64,000 nt of DNA from Candidatus Eiseniibacteriota bacterium (GCA_965224245.1 OZ245046.1:5344001-5408000); one strand, 5' to 3'. Numbered from the stretch's first letter, positions 18,928 to 28,555 are shown. The notes: generated from the letters alone by a model not told the origin. Made by a program: numbers and translations.

Positions 18928-19159
18928 GAACCGCCGATGTTCTTGCCCGGCGGGCGAGTTCGAGGACCGGGGGTCCCCAGGGCCGCGGCGGAACGCCGCA
19001 TGGCATCGGTCAAGCCATTTGTCGTCAACGAGTTGGGCGATCGCCCGCGTGGGTCGAGCGATCGCCGAAAAACGACGTGTCCGCCCCGACGGGGTGGCTG
19101 AAATGGGCGATTCCCGACTGTATAACAGCTGTTCGACCAAGGAGTTAGGGGATTTTCGC

Positions 19160-19188
19160 CTGACGCAATAAGGGAAACCCGCTATACT
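19160..19188 (+). promoter_or_regulatory. Sigma70-type promoter for the 19287 gene
   Basis: CTGACG (19160-19165), 17-nt spacer, TATACT (19183-19188) in a locally AT-richer region. Confidence 0.55.
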
Positions 19189-19286
19189 ATGGGTCGTCTT
19201 TTTCCAGCACCGGTCCGTGCACCCCCCGCCATGCCTGGACACGCACGCTCGGTACAGCATCTGGCCCCCTCCCAAAAGGAGCCCGA

Positions 19287-21383
19287 ATGGACCCCCGTCG
19301 ATGTCTGCCCCTGGCTCTCGTGGCCGCGTTCGCCATCACGAGCAACGCCGTCGCCGAAGAGACCTGGGTCATCACGTCAGGACGCACCGCCATCCACCTA
19401 TACGAGGATCTGCTGAGCGACCTCGGCATCGCCGTGATCGACGTCGATGAGACCGCGGCCGATCCGACCGGCGCCCAGGCGCACATGGAGCCCCCGTTCT
19501 ACACGTTCGCGATCGACGAGGACTCGGGGCTCGAGTTCCGTTCGCAGGGTGGACGCTACATCAGCCGGAGCTTCGGCGCCGGTGAGCTCGAGCACCTCGG
19601 CGGCTTCCGCCTGCATCACGCCGGGTCCGGCTTCACCGCCGAGCTTCGCGACTTCGTGATCGACTACCGCCAGGGCGTCGACGGTCCCGGTGAGTGGGGT
19701 GTCCTCCGGGACTGGCTCTTCATGCGGGGCACGGCGAGCTCGACCCCGATGGTCGAGCTGTGGGACTCCGAGCCGGTGTTCCGCCGCGGCGAGCAGACGC
19801 TCCACATCTACAACCTGACGCTGCAGATGTCCGAGGAGATGGCGATCGCGCTCGGCCGCGAGGACCTCATCGAGCAGCCCATCGGATCGATGTACGTCGA
19901 GGGCGCCGCGCGGTTCGTCGAGGGTGTCTACGAAGATCCCCACGATCAGGAGCAGACGGCGGGCTCGGTGCTCGACGTCGAGCTCGGTCATCTCTACACG
20001 GTCACCTCGCTCGGCCACTCGGGGACGTATCCGAACGGGATCGCCGGCATCTCGATGTCCACGACGTCGTGCAATCCGGGTGACGTCGAGGTTCCGTGGG
20101 AAGCCCCGATGGACGAGGACCACCCGATCATCATGATGCAGTTCTATCGCATCAACGGCGACGGCCAGCTCGACCAGATCGGGACGTCGTGGGGCAAGCA
20201 CGGCTTTTACGCGCTGTCGTCCAACGAGTGCGGCTACGGCTGCTCGGGCACCGACGGCACCGCGCTCGGAGTGGGCTGCTCGGACACGTACGGCACCGGC
20301 AACAACGGCGACCGCTACTGGCTCGGACCTCGTGACGAGATCAACCCGTACACGGGTACCTGGACCTGCACCGGCTCGTTCTTCTCGGGCTATCAGCCGG
20401 ACTGCACGCGTCGCGAGAGCGGCAGCGGCTGGGGACCGACCGCGCACCGGCTGGAGACGCCGGACCAGGATCTCGGCAACCCGGACGCCACGTACTACTT
20501 CGAGGGCTACTACGTGGTCGTGGGTGACCAGGATCGCTCGAACAACATCATGCACCGTCGCTGCACCACGAGCTGGTCCGGTAGCAACTGGAACATCAAC
20601 GAGACCGGATCCCAGGTTCAGACGCCGATGATCATGACCTGGGGCGACCAGCAGACGCAGGTGAGCGGGGTCGACGACGGCATGGTGATCCTGTCGGTCA
20701 AGACCACCGACCTCGGCGGCGGCAACTTCCGCTACGACTACGCGCTGTTCAACCGCGACTCCGATCGCCAGATCCGCGAGTTCTCGGTGCCCATCGGCGA
20801 CGCGACGCTGTCCAACATGACGTTCCACGACTGGGACACCGACGACGGTCCGGCCTCGAACGACTGGACCGCGGCCATCGTCGGCAACGACGTCGTCTGG
20901 AGCACCGACGAGTATCCGTCCGAGGACGGCAACCCGCTCGTGTTCGGATACATGTTCTCGTTCAGCTTCGAGGCGGACCGTCCGCCGCTGCGCAGCGCGG
21001 CCACGCTCGGGTACTTCAAGCCCGGCACCGGCGAGTCGCTCACGGCCGACACGCAGGCACCGGCCGGCATCGTCGCGGTCGGCGACCCGACGCAGGGCCC
21101 GAACGTCGCGCAGCTCGGCGCGGCGCGCCCGAACCCGCTTCGTGCGGGGGCGACCACGATCAGCTTCGACATGTCGGCGCGCGCCGACGTGAGGCTGTCG
21201 ATCTACGACGCGCAGGGTCGCTTCGTCCGCTCGCTGATCGACGAGACGCGCTCGGTCGGACGTCACCAGGTCGAGTGGGACGGCCGTGACGCCTCCGGCG
21301 CGAGTGTCGGTGCGGGGGTGTACTACTACCGCCTCCAGGTGGGGGGCTACTCCACCGGCAAGTCGCTCGTCGTCGTCGACTAG
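19287..21383 (+). CDS. Exported Cys-rich protein of unknown function with C-terminal FlgD-Ig/T9SS-CTD-like domain
   Basis: AAGGAG RBS; signal peptide; core TTSCNPG..QIGTSWGKHGFYAL..LGVGCSDTY; C-terminus PNP..IYDAQGRFVRSL..WDGRDASGASVGAGVYYYRL. Confidence 0.85.
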   Translation: MDPRRCLPLALVAAFAITSNAVAEETWVITSGRTAIHLYEDLLSDLGIAVIDVDETAADPTGAQAHMEPPFYTFAIDEDSGLEFRSQGGRYISRSFGAGELEHLGGFRLHHAGSGFTAELRDFVIDYRQGVDGPGEWGVLRDWLFMRGTASSTPMVELWDSEPVFRRGEQTLHIYNLTLQMSEEMAIALGREDLIEQPIGSMYVEGAARFVEGVYEDPHDQEQTAGSVLDVELGHLYTVTSLGHSGTYPNGIAGISMSTTSCNPGDVEVPWEAPMDEDHPIIMMQFYRINGDGQLDQIGTSWGKHGFYALSSNECGYGCSGTDGTALGVGCSDTYGTGNNGDRYWLGPRDEINPYTGTWTCTGSFFSGYQPDCTRRESGSGWGPTAHRLETPDQDLGNPDATYYFEGYYVVVGDQDRSNNIMHRRCTTSWSGSNWNINETGSQVQTPMIMTWGDQQTQVSGVDDGMVILSVKTTDLGGGNFRYDYALFNRDSDRQIREFSVPIGDATLSNMTFHDWDTDDGPASNDWTAAIVGNDVVWSTDEYPSEDGNPLVFGYMFSFSFEADRPPLRSAATLGYFKPGTGESLTADTQAPAGIVAVGDPTQGPNVAQLGAARPNPLRAGATTISFDMSARADVRLSIYDAQGRFVRSLIDETRSVGRHQVEWDGRDASGASVGAGVYYYRLQVGGYSTGKSLVVVD

Positions 21384-21441
21384 ATGGCGCGGCGATCGAG
21401 GTCGCGCCGCCGGCGCGGCAGTGCGGCAAACGTCAGGTACC

Positions 21442-21476
21442 ACGGAGCTCGAGGCGACTCGGGCTCCGTTTTTCTT
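21442..21476 (+). terminator. Rho-independent terminator
   Basis: ACGGAGCTCGAG-gcga-CTCGGGCTCCGT stem with GNRA loop, followed by TTTTCTT. Confidence 0.85.
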
Positions 21477-21504
21477 GCCGGTCGTCCGGCGTCGGTCACG
21501 AGAC

Positions 21505-21570
21505 TCAGTCGGAGGCGCTACCGCGATAGAGCGCCTTGACGCGACTCCACGTGCTGACCTCGACGAGCGG
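21505..21570 (-). other. Short C-terminal motif, copy 3 (PLVEVSTWSRVKALYRGSASD*)
   Basis: Shared tail motif. Confidence 0.75.
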
Positions 21571-22209
21571 GTCGGCGCACGAGGTGCCGCAGGCCACGTG
21601 CCCGCCGGGGCCGTCGACCTCGACGTCGCCCCAGCCGAGGTGGGCCCGGCAGATCTCGAACGTGGTCGGCAGGCAGTCCGCGACCAGGGCGATGCCGCCG
21701 ATGCGGGGATCCCCGGCCGCGCGAAGGAAGCCCGGTCCCCCCGAGCGGACGCTGAAGAAGCCGATCTTCGTGACGCCGTCGTCGTTGTCGGTCACGAGAT
21801 AGCACCCGTCCGACCAGGTGACGGCGTTTCCGGAGCCCGACGCGGGCCACGCCACGGGCTCGACCTGGGGGATCTCGGAGCCTCCGGTGCACAGCGTCCA
21901 GCCGTACAGGTCCAGCGACGGGACGTACTCGATCCCGAACTGGATGCCGCCGATGCCTCCCGACACGCCCGGTCCCGCGCCGACCGGAACCCCGCCCACG
22001 ACGAGCTCGGCGAAGTTCGGCGTGAGCTCGCCGAGGTCGAGGATCTCGGCGTCGATGCGATCGCAGGCCAGGTTGCCGTCCGCGACGACCGAGTCGTTAC
22101 AGCCCGAATAGGATGGGGCGATGAACATGACGTCGATGGAGTAGCTGTCGACGGCGTGTGTCGTGCCGACGGCGATCGGGATCAGGAGAAACGCAAGGGG
22201 TGCCTTCAT
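21505..22209 (-). CDS. Exported Cys-rich hypothetical protein with short C-terminal tail; paralog of 61754-62485
   Basis: Signal peptide MKAPLAFLLIPIAVGTTHA; FGIEY..WPASGSG core; ends PLVEVSTWSRVKALYRGSASD. Confidence 0.8.
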   Translation of the reverse strand: MKAPLAFLLIPIAVGTTHAVDSYSIDVMFIAPSYSGCNDSVVADGNLACDRIDAEILDLGELTPNFAELVVGGVPVGAGPGVSGGIGGIQFGIEYVPSLDLYGWTLCTGGSEIPQVEPVAWPASGSGNAVTWSDGCYLVTDNDDGVTKIGFFSVRSGGPGFLRAAGDPRIGGIALVADCLPTTFEICRAHLGWGDVEVDGPGGHVACGTSCADPLVEVSTWSRVKALYRGSASD

Positions 22210-22283
22210 GCCTCGAAACCTCCAGCGGAGCAGGGCGAGCGGCATCATACCACCGGCACTCTTCCGTGCGCGGCGCGGTCGCA

Positions 22284-23390
22284 CTACGGCGTGTGGGGGC
22301 CCCGGCTCGATCGGCCGCCCGCCCACGTCGATCGACGGACCCGGTACACGTAGTGGTGCACCGGCACCGTGTACGCCCGCATCTCCTCGGGGAACTCGCC
22401 GGTGGCCTCGCCGACCCGGACACCTCCGACGGCCTCCTGCATCCGGATCGACGCGACGTTGGCCACGTTGGGGGTGGCCTCGACGCACTCGCAGTCGGTC
22501 TCCCGGAAGAGCGTGTCCACGAGAGCGCGCTTCACCTCCACGCCGTAGCGGTGGCCCCAGAACTCCGGGAGGAGCTTCACGTCGGTCGTTGACACGCCGT
22601 TTGCGTCGGGCAAGCGCATCGCGCACTCGCCGATCGCGACCCCCGAGGACCGGAGCGAGACGATCAGGAGCGCCCCGAAGGCCGACTCCGGCGGTGTCCG
22701 GAGCCTCGCCAGCACCTCGCCCCGCGTGATCGGGAGTCCGCGCGGGAAGCCGACGTGCACCATGACCTCGGGCGTCGTCCACAGTCGGTGGAGCACGTCC
22801 GCATCCCGGGGACCGGCGCGCCGGACGATCAGCCGCTCGGTCTCGAACACGACGTCACGCGGTGCGTCGGCCGCCGGGGACGGACCGGTCGCGCCGGGAG
22901 TCCCGGCAAACACGTCACGCTCGTCGATAACGATGGGGGTCGCCGGCGGCCCGGAGTTCATCAACGCCACGAGACGCTCCCCGAGGTCGCGGGGGACGAA
23001 GCGCTCGGTCGACGTGCGAACGTCGTCGGGTGACCACCAGCGAAACTCGCGGAACCGTGTCCGCTCGTCGGTCTCCATCGCGTCGATTGCCGGCGTGAAA
23101 GAACGGTGCACGGTTACCCGGAAGAAGCGCTCGCGCTCCACGTGCCGGTGGCCGCCCTCGTGACAGGTCCCGTGGCGCACCCAGACCTCGGGGCCCACGC
23201 TGGCGTCGGTGAGCCCGGTCTCCTCGGCGAGCTCGCGGACGAGCGCCGCGCGTGCGCTCTCGCCGGGCCGGATCCGACCGCCGGGCGTGATCCACAGGTC
23301 ACCGGAGGCGCCCCCGATGCGCATCAGCAGGATCGACCCCGACGGGGTCGTCAGGATCGCTCTCGCGGACACCGGGTCGTCGACAGTCAC
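22284..23390 (-). CDS. NUDIX hydrolase / GNAT (RimJ/RimL-like) N-acetyltransferase fusion
   Basis: Nudix box GGRIRPGESARAALVRELAEETGL; then FETERLIVRR..PEFWGHRYGVE..NVASIRMQEAVG; GGAGG before GTG 23390. Confidence 0.8.
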   Translation of the reverse strand: MTVDDPVSARAILTTPSGSILLMRIGGASGDLWITPGGRIRPGESARAALVRELAEETGLTDASVGPEVWVRHGTCHEGGHRHVERERFFRVTVHRSFTPAIDAMETDERTRFREFRWWSPDDVRTSTERFVPRDLGERLVALMNSGPPATPIVIDERDVFAGTPGATGPSPAADAPRDVVFETERLIVRRAGPRDADVLHRLWTTPEVMVHVGFPRGLPITRGEVLARLRTPPESAFGALLIVSLRSSGVAIGECAMRLPDANGVSTTDVKLLPEFWGHRYGVEVKRALVDTLFRETDCECVEATPNVANVASIRMQEAVGGVRVGEATGEFPEEMRAYTVPVHHYVYRVRRSTWAGGRSSRGPHTP

Positions 23391-23514
23391 GCGCGTCCTC
23401 CAGGCCTCGAGGGGGGCGGGGGTACGTGACACCTTACCTCGTTCACCGATGTCGCTCGACGCCCGTTCCCCCGGCCGCTCGACATCCCCACCGGGCGGGG
23501 ATAGCATCCGGCCC

Positions 23515-24114
23515 ATGGATCAGCTGAAAGCCTTTCTCGACGCCACCGAGAACCGACCGCCCCGGGACACGCTGGTGGCCGCGCTCGCCCTCGGGCCGCC
23601 GCCGGGCCGAGCGCTCGACCTGGGGTGCGGAGCGGGCTGTGACACGGTCGGGCTTCTCCGCCACGGGTACACCGTGACCGCCGTCGACGTGCATCCGGAC
23701 GCCGTGGCGCGGACCCGGGCGACCGTATCGCGCGCAGGAGACGAGCTCGACGACCGGCTCGATACCCGGGTGGCGTCGTACGCGTCGCTGGACGTCGGGC
23801 CCGGCGAGATCGCGCTGATCAACGCGAGCTTCTCCCTTCCGTTCTCCGAGCCGTCGGAGTTCGGTTCGACGTGGAATCGCTTCGCGACGTGGCTCGCGCC
23901 GGGCGGCTTCTTCGTCGGGCAGCTCTTCGGCGACCGGGACGAATGGAACGGACGCGAGGGAGCGCCGTCGACGTTTCAGACCCGGGCCGAGGTCGACCGG
24001 CTGGTGGCGCCGTATCGCGTTCGAATGCTGGACGAGGTGGAGCGCGACGGCGTGACCGCGATCGGGACCCCCAAGCACTGGCATGTCTTCCACCTCATCC
24101 TGGAGAAGCGGTAG
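23515..24114 (+). CDS. Class I SAM-dependent methyltransferase
   Basis: ALDLGCGAGCD motif I, VTAVD, LAPGGFFVGQLF. Confidence 0.85.
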   Translation: MDQLKAFLDATENRPPRDTLVAALALGPPPGRALDLGCGAGCDTVGLLRHGYTVTAVDVHPDAVARTRATVSRAGDELDDRLDTRVASYASLDVGPGEIALINASFSLPFSEPSEFGSTWNRFATWLAPGGFFVGQLFGDRDEWNGREGAPSTFQTRAEVDRLVAPYRVRMLDEVERDGVTAIGTPKHWHVFHLILEKR

Positions 24115-24160
24115 CCACGAGGCGGGCGCGACCCGGTGTACGCCACCCGAGGAACGCGCG

Positions 24161-24817
24161 TCACGCGGCGTCGCGGGGGAGCGGCCGCAGGAACATCCCC
24201 AGGAGCACGCAGAGATCGAGCGCGACCAGCCCGATGGAGAGCGATCGCGTCGAGCGGCGCAGGACGCCGAGCTGCTGCTGCTGCGTGGCCTCCGGAGGCA
24301 CGAGGGCGGGGTCCGCCGCCCAGGCCAGAAGCGCGTCGGTCTCGAGGTGTCGCCCCGGGCAGAGGGTGGCGTTGCAGTCCCGGTGCAGAGCCACCCGCGA
24401 GTCCGGAATCCCGTACCGCCGCTGCAAGGTCGCGACCGTGAACCCCATTGCCGACCTCAGACCGTCCGGAAACGGTGCATTCTCGTAGTCACCGACCACG
24501 CAGAGATGGATCGACAGCACGTTGCACGTCGATCGCGACGTGCCGACGCTCGGCAGCCAGTAGAGGAATCGCCGCGTGGGCTCCAGGTGACCCGCGGGGA
24601 TCTCCGTGGAGCCGTTCGACAGTACGAGGTGGTAGGCCGCCTCGCTCCAGCCGCGCTCGTGATGCACGCGCCGGATCGCATCCAGGTCTCCCGACGCGGT
24701 CGCCGAGTGGTGGATGACGATGCCCCGGTACCGAAGCGGTGGGAGGTACACGAGGATCAGGACGTTGAAGATGAGGAGCCCGAGCAGAATCCGGGTCAGC
24801 TTCGTCGACTCGAACAT
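24161..24817 (-). CDS. N-acetylmuramoyl-L-alanine amidase (Amidase_2/PGRP family) with N- and C-terminal hydrophobic helices
   Basis: IVIHHSAT, RGWSEAAYH, SIHLCVVGD, LHRD...TLCPG zinc-ligand pattern. Confidence 0.8.
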   Translation of the reverse strand: MFESTKLTRILLGLLIFNVLILVYLPPLRYRGIVIHHSATASGDLDAIRRVHHERGWSEAAYHLVLSNGSTEIPAGHLEPTRRFLYWLPSVGTSRSTCNVLSIHLCVVGDYENAPFPDGLRSAMGFTVATLQRRYGIPDSRVALHRDCNATLCPGRHLETDALLAWAADPALVPPEATQQQQLGVLRRSTRSLSIGLVALDLCVLLGMFLRPLPRDAA

Positions 24818-24884
24818 GGATACCCCACGCGCGCCCTCCCGCGGGACGCGGAAGCGTCCTCGCGCGCGTGTGCGCGCGCGAGGC

Positions 24885-25601
24885 TCACCCGCGCAGGAAC
24901 ACCCAGTAGCCGCTGAGGAGGACCAGGATGCCCAGGAGGAAGACGGTCACGACCATCCCGTACGTGGACACCAGCGGTCCCACGAATCCGAGCCACACAC
25001 CCGACGCCGCGCCCGTCACGTTGTCCAGTGCCTGACGGTAGCTGTCCGGGACGTCGAGCGCGAGGCGGCCCACGCCGTCCAGCTGCACGCCGAGCGCCGA
25101 CCCCACGATGAAGGCGACCAGTACGACGACGGCGATGCGGAGCACGATCCGGAACACACGCCGCCCGCGCCGGGGCTGCACCCAGCGCTTTCCGAGTCCG
25201 GACGGCGCCACGTCTCCGCGCTTGGGCTTCGGAGTGGCGGGGCCCCCGAGCGGCGTCCCCTTCAGCTTGCTCAGAAAGATGTAGTGACCGTGCCAGAGGC
25301 GGTCGAACTCCTCGCGCGTCCACGGCGTGCCGTCGTTCCCGGAGGCGAGCGACCGGTGTCGCTTCAAGAGGTCGGTGATCGCGTCGACCTCCCGGCGCAC
25401 CTCGGCGTCCAGCCCACGCGAGACGGTCTCCGGCAGGAACTGGAGTCGTGCCGCGATCTTCGCTTTCAGGGCCAGAAACGCGCGCTCCTGGCCCGCGGTG
25501 ACGGTGTCGCTGTCGAACGCCGCGATCGCGACATCGTGGTAACGCACCCACAGCCTTCTGAGCGCGCGGAGACGCAGCTTCGCACGCAACGACTGCAACA
25601 T
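24885..25601 (-). CDS. Hypothetical membrane protein in the pilus operon
   Basis: GGAGGGAG RBS; helical N-terminal domain and two C-terminal TM segments. Confidence 0.7.
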   Translation of the reverse strand: MLQSLRAKLRLRALRRLWVRYHDVAIAAFDSDTVTAGQERAFLALKAKIAARLQFLPETVSRGLDAEVRREVDAITDLLKRHRSLASGNDGTPWTREEFDRLWHGHYIFLSKLKGTPLGGPATPKPKRGDVAPSGLGKRWVQPRRGRRVFRIVLRIAVVVLVAFIVGSALGVQLDGVGRLALDVPDSYRQALDNVTGAASGVWLGFVGPLVSTYGMVVTVFLLGILVLLSGYWVFLRG

Positions 25602-25626
25602 GACGGGTCTCCCTCCGTTGCGGTCG

Positions 25627-26694
25627 TCACGACCGCACCAGGAACCTCGACTTCTCCGCATCCTGCAGACGCGAGATCACGTCGGCAGTGTGAACGACGC
25701 CATCGTTGTGCAGCTCCAGGAGCGCGTCGTCGAGCAGGACCATTCCGTCGGAGTAGCTGCTCGCGATGACGTTGTTGAGCTGGTGGACCTTGCCCTCGCG
25801 GATGAGGTTCGCCACCGAGTTGTTGACGAACAGGATCTCGCGGGCGGCGATCCGGCCGGCCTTGTCCCGACGACGAACCAGCACCTGCGAGATGACCGCC
25901 TTCAGCGTCAGGGCGAGCCGCGTCCGGATCTCGGCCTGATCCTGAACCGGGAACACGTCGATGATCCGGTTGATCGTCTTGGCCGCCGACTGCGTCGAGA
26001 GCGTGCTGATGACCAGGTTTCCGGTCTCCGCGGCCGTCAACGCGATCTCGATCGTCTCACGATCACGCATCTCACCGACGAATATGATGTGCGGCATCTG
26101 TCGAAGCGCGCTCCGGAGTCCGGTGATGTAGCTCTTCGTGTCGTGTCCGACCTCGCGCTGATTGATCAGGCACGTCTTCGAACGGAACGGGAACTCGATC
26201 GGATCCTCGATCGTGAGCACGTGCCGGGGGAAGTTGAATTCCGTGTTCAGGTACTCGAGGTACGCGGCCACGGTCGTCGACTTGCCCGCGCCGGTGGGGC
26301 CGGTGACCAGGATGAGACCGTTCGGGATCTGCACGAACCGCAGCAGCAGCTCCTGCGGGATCCCGATCTGCGTGTAGTGGGGCACCTCCAGCGGAACGAC
26401 GCGTAGGACCGCAGCGTCGGTGCCGGTCTTGCGGAAGACGCTGGCTCGGAAGCGGGCGAGGCCCTCGATCTCGGTGCCCATGTCCAGCTCCCAGTGCGTC
26501 TCGAACTCGGCGCGCTGGTGCTCGTCCATGAGACCGTACACCAGCTCGTGGGCCAGCTCGGGGGTGAGCACCTCGGCCGGCTCGTAGTGCTCGAGCACGC
26601 CGTGCACCTGATAGGTGACCGGCGCACCCGCCGCGATCATGATGTCCGACGCGCTGCGTCGAACGGCCTGGCGGAGTACGTCCTCGGTGGTCAT
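25627..26694 (-). CDS. pilT: PilT/PilU-family ATPase with atypical His box
   Basis: ASDIMI, RFRASVF, Walker A GPTGAGKSTT, TIEDPIEF, QREVG.DT, VGEMRD, ANLIREGK. Confidence 0.85.
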   Translation of the reverse strand: MTTEDVLRQAVRRSASDIMIAAGAPVTYQVHGVLEHYEPAEVLTPELAHELVYGLMDEHQRAEFETHWELDMGTEIEGLARFRASVFRKTGTDAAVLRVVPLEVPHYTQIGIPQELLLRFVQIPNGLILVTGPTGAGKSTTVAAYLEYLNTEFNFPRHVLTIEDPIEFPFRSKTCLINQREVGHDTKSYITGLRSALRQMPHIIFVGEMRDRETIEIALTAAETGNLVISTLSTQSAAKTINRIIDVFPVQDQAEIRTRLALTLKAVISQVLVRRRDKAGRIAAREILFVNNSVANLIREGKVHQLNNVIASSYSDGMVLLDDALLELHNDGVVHTADVISRLQDAEKSRFLVRS

Positions 26695-28061
26695 GGCGTC
26701 GAAGACTCCTCTGTCGCACCGGCTGCCGATCCACCGGATCCCATCGGGGGTGCGGTCGGTGCATCCGCACCCTCGTCGCCGACGATCCGCGGCGTGATCT
26801 CGATGATCAGGTCCATCTGCTGCTTCTCGGTACGGCGGTGCTGGAACAGGTGCCCGAGGATCGGGATGCTCCCCAGGAGCGGCACCTTCTTCACCGAGGA
26901 GCGCTCCTCCTCGCTCAGGAGACCGCCGAGGTAGATCGTCTCGCCGTCTCTCACGCGAACCAGGGTCCGTGCGCGCCGGGTGGACGTCTGGGGCAGATCG
27001 TCGTCGGGGCCGACGAAGGCGACGATGCGCGACACCTCGGGCTCCACCAGCGTCGTGATGAAGCCGTCGCCGGTCACTCGCGGGGTGATGCGGAGACGTA
27101 CGCCGACGTCGATCTTCTCCAGCTGAACCGTCTGCAGAACGCCGCCCGTGCCGGGGCTCTGGAGCGAGGTGATCACCACGGGGACCGTGTCGCCGGCGAA
27201 GATCTCGGCCGACTCGCCGTCGATCGTGACCACGCGGGTATTCGACAGCAGCGAGGCCTGTCCGTTCGTCAGGAGCAGGTCGACCGCCACCTCGTAGGCC
27301 TCGACCTGACGATGGAACCGACCCGAGGCGCCACCCAGCTGGTAGTAGTCGAGCTCTTCGGGGAGGGCGTCGGCGCTGGAGATGCCCGGATCTCCCTCGG
27401 TGAAGATCCCCGTCCACTTCGTCAGCTTCTCCCAGTCGACCCCGATCTCCTCCAGGGCGGAGGTGTTGACCTCGATCAGACGGGCCTCCAGCTGTACCTG
27501 GGTCGGCTTCCGATCCAGCTCGCTCACCGTGGCCACCGCGTGCTCGATGGCCGACTGCGGAGCCCGCATGAAGACGCGGTTGGTCTTGGTCTGCGCTTCC
27601 ACCGACGGTGTGAAGATCTCGAGGGCCTTGGCCACGTCGACCGCCTCGGCGTACTCGAGCTCGAAGACGTGAGAGGTGAGCCCGGTCTGCGTGGCGAGCT
27701 CGGCCGGCTCGGCCACGAGGATCGAGTTGCCCACCCGCTCGTAGCCGAGTCCGGACGCGCGGCACACGACGTTGAGCGCCTCCTCGAACGGCGTGTCACG
27801 AAGTCGGATCGAGATCGTGCGCCCCTGGACCGCCTGCCCGGTCGCGATGTTCAGTCCGCTGCGTTGCGCGAGGATCTGCAGGATCTCGAACACCGCGGTG
27901 CTGTCCGCCGTGAGGCTGATCAGACTCGCCTCGGACGTGGGTTCTGACTCCCCGGCGACCACGGTCGCCGGTGGGACCAGCGTGAGCGTAGCCAGGGTGG
28001 CCGCGATCGTCGGGAGCACCATGCTCACGGCACTTCGACCACCGGCGAACTTCGAGATCAT
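26691..28061 (-). CDS. pilQ: Secretin (PilQ/GspD family), short form without AMIN domains
   Basis: Signal peptide; N0 and N3 domains; QVQLEARLIEV, VGVRLRITPRV, KVPLLGSIPILGHLF, LIIEITPRIV; GAAGGAG RBS. Confidence 0.88.
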   Translation of the reverse strand: MISKFAGGRSAVSMVLPTIAATLATLTLVPPATVVAGESEPTSEASLISLTADSTAVFEILQILAQRSGLNIATGQAVQGRTISIRLRDTPFEEALNVVCRASGLGYERVGNSILVAEPAELATQTGLTSHVFELEYAEAVDVAKALEIFTPSVEAQTKTNRVFMRAPQSAIEHAVATVSELDRKPTQVQLEARLIEVNTSALEEIGVDWEKLTKWTGIFTEGDPGISSADALPEELDYYQLGGASGRFHRQVEAYEVAVDLLLTNGQASLLSNTRVVTIDGESAEIFAGDTVPVVITSLQSPGTGGVLQTVQLEKIDVGVRLRITPRVTGDGFITTLVEPEVSRIVAFVGPDDDLPQTSTRRARTLVRVRDGETIYLGGLLSEEERSSVKKVPLLGSIPILGHLFQHRRTEKQQMDLIIEITPRIVGDEGADAPTAPPMGSGGSAAGATEESSTP

Positions 28062-28075
28062 TGCGAGTGACTCCT

Positions 28076-28555
28076 TCAGGATCCGAGGACGAGTCGTCGT
28101 GACCCGTTGGTAACCGTGGCCGACGTCGGCGTGACGTCTCTCACGGTCCATCCTCTGAACGTCTCACCTATGCGCAGCCACCCCGAGGTGACGTCGCCCA
28201 ACGTCAGCTGAATGCTCGGGCTGACGGTGTCGTACAGGAGCGCGCGCAACGTGGGATCGGGTACGACGACCGGCAGCTCCACACGGGGCGCCGGCCGCTT
28301 CTTCTTCACCGGGGGTCGGGGCGGCGGCTGGAACGGATCCCGCGTGTCGACACGCGCCGACGCGATCAGGCTGTCCCGGAGCGCCAGCTCCTCGAGACCA
28401 TCACGAGCCGGTGCCTCGAGCGCGGGCAATGCGTCGCTCTTGACCGAGAGCACCGCCGCGATCGTGGTCTCGAATCGAAGACACAGAACGACGACCGCCG
28501 CGATGGCGACGGCGAACGCCAGCCACTGAGGTCGTTCCTGGGTCGAGATCGCCAT
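28076..28555 (-). CDS. PilP/GspC-like alignment protein
   Basis: Position between pilO and secretin; TM helix, RDPF motif, Pro-rich linker, HR-like beta domain (LRIGETFRGWTV). Confidence 0.6.
   Translation of the reverse strand: MAISTQERPQWLAFAVAIAAVVVLCLRFETTIAAVLSVKSDALPALEAPARDGLEELALRDSLIASARVDTRDPFQPPPRPPVKKKRPAPRVELPVVVPDPTLRALLYDTVSPSIQLTLGDVTSGWLRIGETFRGWTVRDVTPTSATVTNGSRRLVLGS

Noticed and set aside
19001-19015. TGGCATCGGTCAAGC as a sigma54 site
   Set aside because: GG/GC spacing fits but the TT before GC is absent, and a better sigma70 match lies downstream.
21505-22782. 425-aa version of the exported protein
   Set aside because: The upstream part overlaps the NUDIX-GNAT gene in another frame; the signal peptide begins at 22209.
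25627-27765. 712-aa PilT with a long N-terminal extension
   Set aside because: The extension is an alternate frame of the secretin gene; the real start is ATG 26694, overlapping the secretin stop.
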